From Polyangiaceae bacterium (GTDB taxonomy: Bacteria; Myxococcota_A; Polyangia; Polyangiales; Polyangiaceae): a DNA stretch of 64,000 nucleotides. The notes beneath the pieces are model-generated. The model worked only from the letters and a program-made list of their open reading frames with translations, had not been told where the DNA came from and searched no databases. The first letter of the stretch is position 1, and each line of letters opens with the position of its first letter. Shown here in pieces: positions 60,439-64,000 of the stretch. The stretch covers positions 64,001-128,000 of the forward strand of contig JBILLK010000024.1 in assembly GCA_044376115.1 (NCBI GenBank), in the 5' to 3' direction. The translations under genes and the position numbers were made by a program.

Positions 60439-61191
60439 CTAACGGCCCGAGAGGAAGCGGAGCCGTTGGAATAGCGCATCCGGCAGACTGCGCACCCCCA
60501 ACATGATCGGCGCCCAAAACCAAGGCACGTACACGTCGTCCGGGCCGCGGTCACGAGCCGCCAAGATCGTCTTCGCTACGTCGTTGGGCTGGGCGAAGAG
60601 AACGTTCTTGCGATGGGAGCGGGTCATCGGCGTATCCACCGGTCCCAGCCGAATGGTCACCACGCGCACACCGCAGGGGGCCAGGCGAGAGCGCACGCCC
60701 TGCAGGTAGATGGCGAGCCCTCCTTTGGCAGCACCGTACGTGTAGTTGCGCGGCCTTCCGCGATCTCCGGCGACCGAGCCGATCACCGTAAGTGAGCCTT
60801 TCTGCTGGCTCTCGAGCAGGTTGGCCAGCGGGATTACGAAAGAGACGACGGACAACAGATTGACGACGAAAGCCTCCTCGGCCGCGGCAAAGGAGCGTTC
60901 AGTTTCCTGCTGATCCGGCAGCAGTCCGTGCGCGATGACGACCGAGTCGATCGAACCCAGCGCGGCTTGCGCCTGCGCGACCACGGTGGCGCTTTGCTCG
61001 AGCTCACGGAAGTCTCCAGCCGTAAAGCCGACGACCGACGCCCCGGCCGCAGCCACGACGGCGCGCAATTTCTCCGGGTCACGACCAACCAGAAAGAGCC
61101 GCTCGCCAAGAGCCGCGCACTCGCTGGCGAGCTCGCTGGCGATGGCTGAGGTTGCACCGATGATCAGCGTATTTTTCACGACGGTGGGCAT
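60439..61191 (-). CDS. Short-chain dehydrogenase (DprE2-like subfamily)
   Basis: IIGATSAIA, GSVAGDRGR..NYTYGAAK (YxxxK), GPVDTPMT. Confidence 0.9.
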   Translation of the reverse strand: MPTVVKNTLIIGATSAIASELASECAALGERLFLVGRDPEKLRAVVAAAGASVVGFTAGDFRELEQSATVVAQAQAALGSIDSVVIAHGLLPDQQETERSFAAAEEAFVVNLLSVVSFVIPLANLLESQQKGSLTVIGSVAGDRGRPRNYTYGAAKGGLAIYLQGVRSRLAPCGVRVVTIRLGPVDTPMTRSHRKNVLFAQPNDVAKTILAARDRGPDDVYVPWFWAPIMLGVRSLPDALFQRLRFLSGR

Positions 61192-61289
61192 ATCGGCGTC
61201 CGCGAAGGTGCACAAGCCAAGGACTTCAAGGAATGTTGTGCTAAGGTTCTGACGAAGGTTAGATTCGACAATCTCGAAGCGTTGTTCCT

Positions 61290-61655
61290 ATGTCGTTCCG
61301 CAAACCAATGACGCCTCGGTCGCTCGTGAGCATGGGGCGACGCCTGCTAACCAGCTGGTTTGGCGTCGTTGCGGCCTTGCTCGTCCTCGCCTTTTCGGGC
61401 GTGCCAGCGGTGGCGGCGGCTGCGCTTGCGGAGACCTCTACCTTTGCCTCGGGCAACCAGGAGGAGCAGCTCGAGGAGGCCGAAGCCAAGAGCACGGGTG
61501 CGCGGGCCTCCGCCACGGCGGTGCGCCGGCCCAAGCCCGCTCAGCTGGATCGAACCTTTTCTGACCACTTTCGGCGGCAACATGCGGACGCTCCGCCAGA
61601 GGCCACCTGCTTTGTCCCGCCTCAACGCAAGACACTGCTGCGCTGGCTGAATTGA
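61290..61655 (+). CDS. Small exported/leader-like protein upstream of carbonic anhydrase
   Basis: Signal-like hydrophobic segment, disordered middle, ends KTLLRWLN. Confidence 0.5.
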   Translation: MSFRKPMTPRSLVSMGRRLLTSWFGVVAALLVLAFSGVPAVAAAALAETSTFASGNQEEQLEEAEAKSTGARASATAVRRPKPAQLDRTFSDHFRRQHADAPPEATCFVPPQRKTLLRWLN

Positions 61656-61750
61656 GCTGAGCGGCTAGTAACCGCGCCCAAGCTAGAGCCAATTCGCCAG
61701 GGATATTGCGCGCGTCTGTTGAAGGCGCCACCGCACGGAGTGTATTGCCA

Positions 61751-62434
61751 ATGCAGAAGTTGATAGACGGGTTCCACAAGTTCCAATCCGAGGTGTATGG
61801 GCCGCGACGAGACTTCTTCGAGGCTCTCGCTGATGGGCAGCGGCCGGAGACACTTTTCATCACGTGCAGTGACAGTCGGATCAACCCCAACCTGCTGACC
61901 CAGTCGGATCCGGGGGAGCTCTTTATCCTGCGTAACGCTGGCAACATCATTCCGGCGTACTCCCCAGTCGGAAGTGGCGAAGCGGCAACCATCGAGTTCG
62001 CGGTGCAAGGATTGGGCGTCCAGCACATCGTCGTGTGTGGCCACACCCAATGCGGCGCGATGAAAGCGCTACTTAAGCCGGAGATGGTCAAAGACTCACC
62101 AGCCGTGGCCTCGTGGCTTCAGCACGCAGAGGGAACGCGGCGCCACGTCAAAGACAATTACACCCACTTGAGCGGGGAAGCGCTTGAGACGGTGATGGTG
62201 GAGGAAAACGTGCTTTCACAACTTGAAGCGCTGCGAACCCACCCTGCGGTCCGTTCACGCCTCTCACGCGGGCAGCTCACGTTGCACGGCTGGGTTTACA
62301 AGATGGAAACGGGCGAAGCCTTCCACTTCAGTGATGCCTCAGGCCAGTTTGAGTCGTTCAACCAAAAGGTTGTGAGCCTACCCCAACAACGTCGAACGTC
62401 GGTGCGGCCCATGCGTTCGATCGTCGGCATTTGA
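61751..62434 (+). CDS. Beta-carbonic anhydrase
   Basis: CSDSR, RNAGN, HTQCGAM, HGWVY. Confidence 0.96.
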   Translation: MQKLIDGFHKFQSEVYGPRRDFFEALADGQRPETLFITCSDSRINPNLLTQSDPGELFILRNAGNIIPAYSPVGSGEAATIEFAVQGLGVQHIVVCGHTQCGAMKALLKPEMVKDSPAVASWLQHAEGTRRHVKDNYTHLSGEALETVMVEENVLSQLEALRTHPAVRSRLSRGQLTLHGWVYKMETGEAFHFSDASGQFESFNQKVVSLPQQRRTSVRPMRSIVGI

Positions 62435-62451
62435 GCGCGAAGGATACAACC

Positions 62452-63975
62452 ATGGAGAACCAAGCTTCATCTTCTCAGAGTTCGCCTAGCGTGCTCGAAA
62501 GCGTTCGCTACGACCTGCCGGCTGGCGTCGTTGCATTTCTTGTCGCCGTACCGCTCTGCCTGGGCATTGCCTTGGCCTCCGGCGCACCCTTGCTGGCTGG
62601 GTTGATCGCCGGAATGATCGGCGGGCTCGTGGTGCCGCTAATCAGCCGCGCGCAGCTAAGCGTTTGTGGGCCGGCAGCCGGGCTGGCAGCCGTGGTGCTG
62701 ACCGGAATCGCCACCTTGGGCAGCTTTCAAGCCTTCACGGTCGCGTTGATCCTGGCTGGCTTGCTCCAGGTTGGAATGGGGGTTCTGCGGCTCGGCAAGC
62801 TCTCCGGTTGGTTCCCCACTGGAGTTGTGAGCGGCATGCTCGCTGCCATCGGCGTCTTGTTGATCCTCAAGCAAATCCCGCACGCCGTCGGTTTTGATCG
62901 CGATGCGTTTGCTGTCGAAGACGGCGCAACTTCACCAGCGGTGAATTCGTTGCTCGCATCGGTTAACCCCACCGCCATCCTAGTCGCGGTCACGGCCATC
63001 GCCTCGCTCATCGGCTGGGACAAGTTCGCCAAAAGTCGCGGCGGCTCACTGCTCCCCGCGCCGCTCGTCGCTGTACTGGTCGGCGTTGGAGTGAACGAGA
63101 TCGCTCGGTTGGTGAATCCGGCTTACGGCCTCTCTGGCGAACACATGGTGGTGATCCCGCCGCTAAGCTCATTCACTGATTCGTTGGGCGTGCCGAACGC
63201 CGCGACCTTCATGCGGACCGACGTTTGGATAGTGGCTTTGACGGTCGCCGCCGTCGCCAGCATCGAGTCGCTGCTCAACGTCGAAGCGATGGACAAGCTC
63301 GATCCGCTGTCGCGTCGCTCACCTATGAACCGCGAACTGATCGCGCAAGGCGTCGCTAACACCATCTCCGGGCTGCTCGGCGGGTTGCCGGTGACCTCGG
63401 TCGTTGTGCGTAGCTCAGCGGCGATGCAAGCCGGCGCGCGTACCCGAGGAGCTGCGTTCTACCACGGGCTCCTCATCCTTCTGACGTTCGTCGCGCTGGC
63501 CCCGCTCCTCGAGCGCATTCCGCTTTCGTGCCTCGCGGCCATTCTGCTCGTGACTGGCTACAAACTCGCTTCACCGTTCGTGATGAAGGCCGCATGGAAG
63601 GAAGGCTTTGAGCACTTCCTGCCGTTTGCCGCGACGATCGTTGGTGTCGTTGGGCTCGACCTGCTCAAGGGTGTCGCCGCCGGGTTGGTGGTCGCGCTGG
63701 CCCTCGCAGTTCGACGAGCGCTTGGTCCGGTGGTTGAGGTTGCCCAGGAAGAGGGGCGCTTCATCGTGCGCTTGGTTCGCGATGTTCCGTTCTTCGCGCG
63801 GGCGGAGCTTCAGGCAGCACTGGACTCGATTCCACCGGCCGCCAGCGTGGTCGTGGATGCCGAGCAAGCAACCAGCGTTCACCGCGATGTTCGTGAGACG
63901 GTTCGCGACTTCAAGAAGAACGCTGCCAAGAGGTCGCTCGAGGTTGAAGTTCGCGGCCTAGCCGGCGTGAGCTGA
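62452..63975 (+). CDS. SulP (SLC26) family anion transporter, probably bicarbonate
   Basis: DLPAG..FLVAVPLCLGIA.ASGAP, GPAAGL, ESLL, NRELIAQG, GGLPVTSVVVRSS; short C-terminal STAS domain. Confidence 0.95.
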   Translation: MENQASSSQSSPSVLESVRYDLPAGVVAFLVAVPLCLGIALASGAPLLAGLIAGMIGGLVVPLISRAQLSVCGPAAGLAAVVLTGIATLGSFQAFTVALILAGLLQVGMGVLRLGKLSGWFPTGVVSGMLAAIGVLLILKQIPHAVGFDRDAFAVEDGATSPAVNSLLASVNPTAILVAVTAIASLIGWDKFAKSRGGSLLPAPLVAVLVGVGVNEIARLVNPAYGLSGEHMVVIPPLSSFTDSLGVPNAATFMRTDVWIVALTVAAVASIESLLNVEAMDKLDPLSRRSPMNRELIAQGVANTISGLLGGLPVTSVVVRSSAAMQAGARTRGAAFYHGLLILLTFVALAPLLERIPLSCLAAILLVTGYKLASPFVMKAAWKEGFEHFLPFAATIVGVVGLDLLKGVAAGLVVALALAVRRALGPVVEVAQEEGRFIVRLVRDVPFFARAELQAALDSIPPAASVVVDAEQATSVHRDVRETVRDFKKNAAKRSLEVEVRGLAGVS

Positions 63976-64000
63976 AAGCGGGGCTGTCTCGTTTGAGCCG

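Overview
GC-rich chromosomal window from a myxobacterium, most likely Polyangiaceae/Sorangiineae. The assignment rests on MYXO-CTERM sorting tails, Cys-rich lipoproteins, several membrane-anchored Hanks-type Ser/Thr kinases, a TraB-like OmpA protein and a Sorangium-type pilin domain. About 58 genes are supported. Housekeeping genes include leuS, tex, fxsA, fhs, chaC, a beta-carbonic anhydrase-SulP pair, an ABC1 kinase and an SDR. The rest are mostly envelope/lipoprotein and signalling genes. No rRNA, tRNA, CRISPR array or mobile element was recognised. The best candidate for an undescribed system is a translationally coupled three-gene operon (7286-9437, minus): a Roadblock/LC7 (MglB-like) protein, a membrane-anchored coiled-coil tandem-Roadblock protein, and a coiled-coil photoactive yellow protein (PYP) fusion that keeps Y42/E46/C69. 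Other highlights: a sigma54/V4R-controlled operon with an orphan groEL and a metal-ligand-less pirin; two tandem kinases ending in the same SWxxGPDLGF tail; a lipoprotein-pilin fusion with a nearby paralog; a frameshifted MYXO-CTERM gene; and 21-bp-periodic AraC-type repeats. All calls come from motif recognition by eye; no searches were run.
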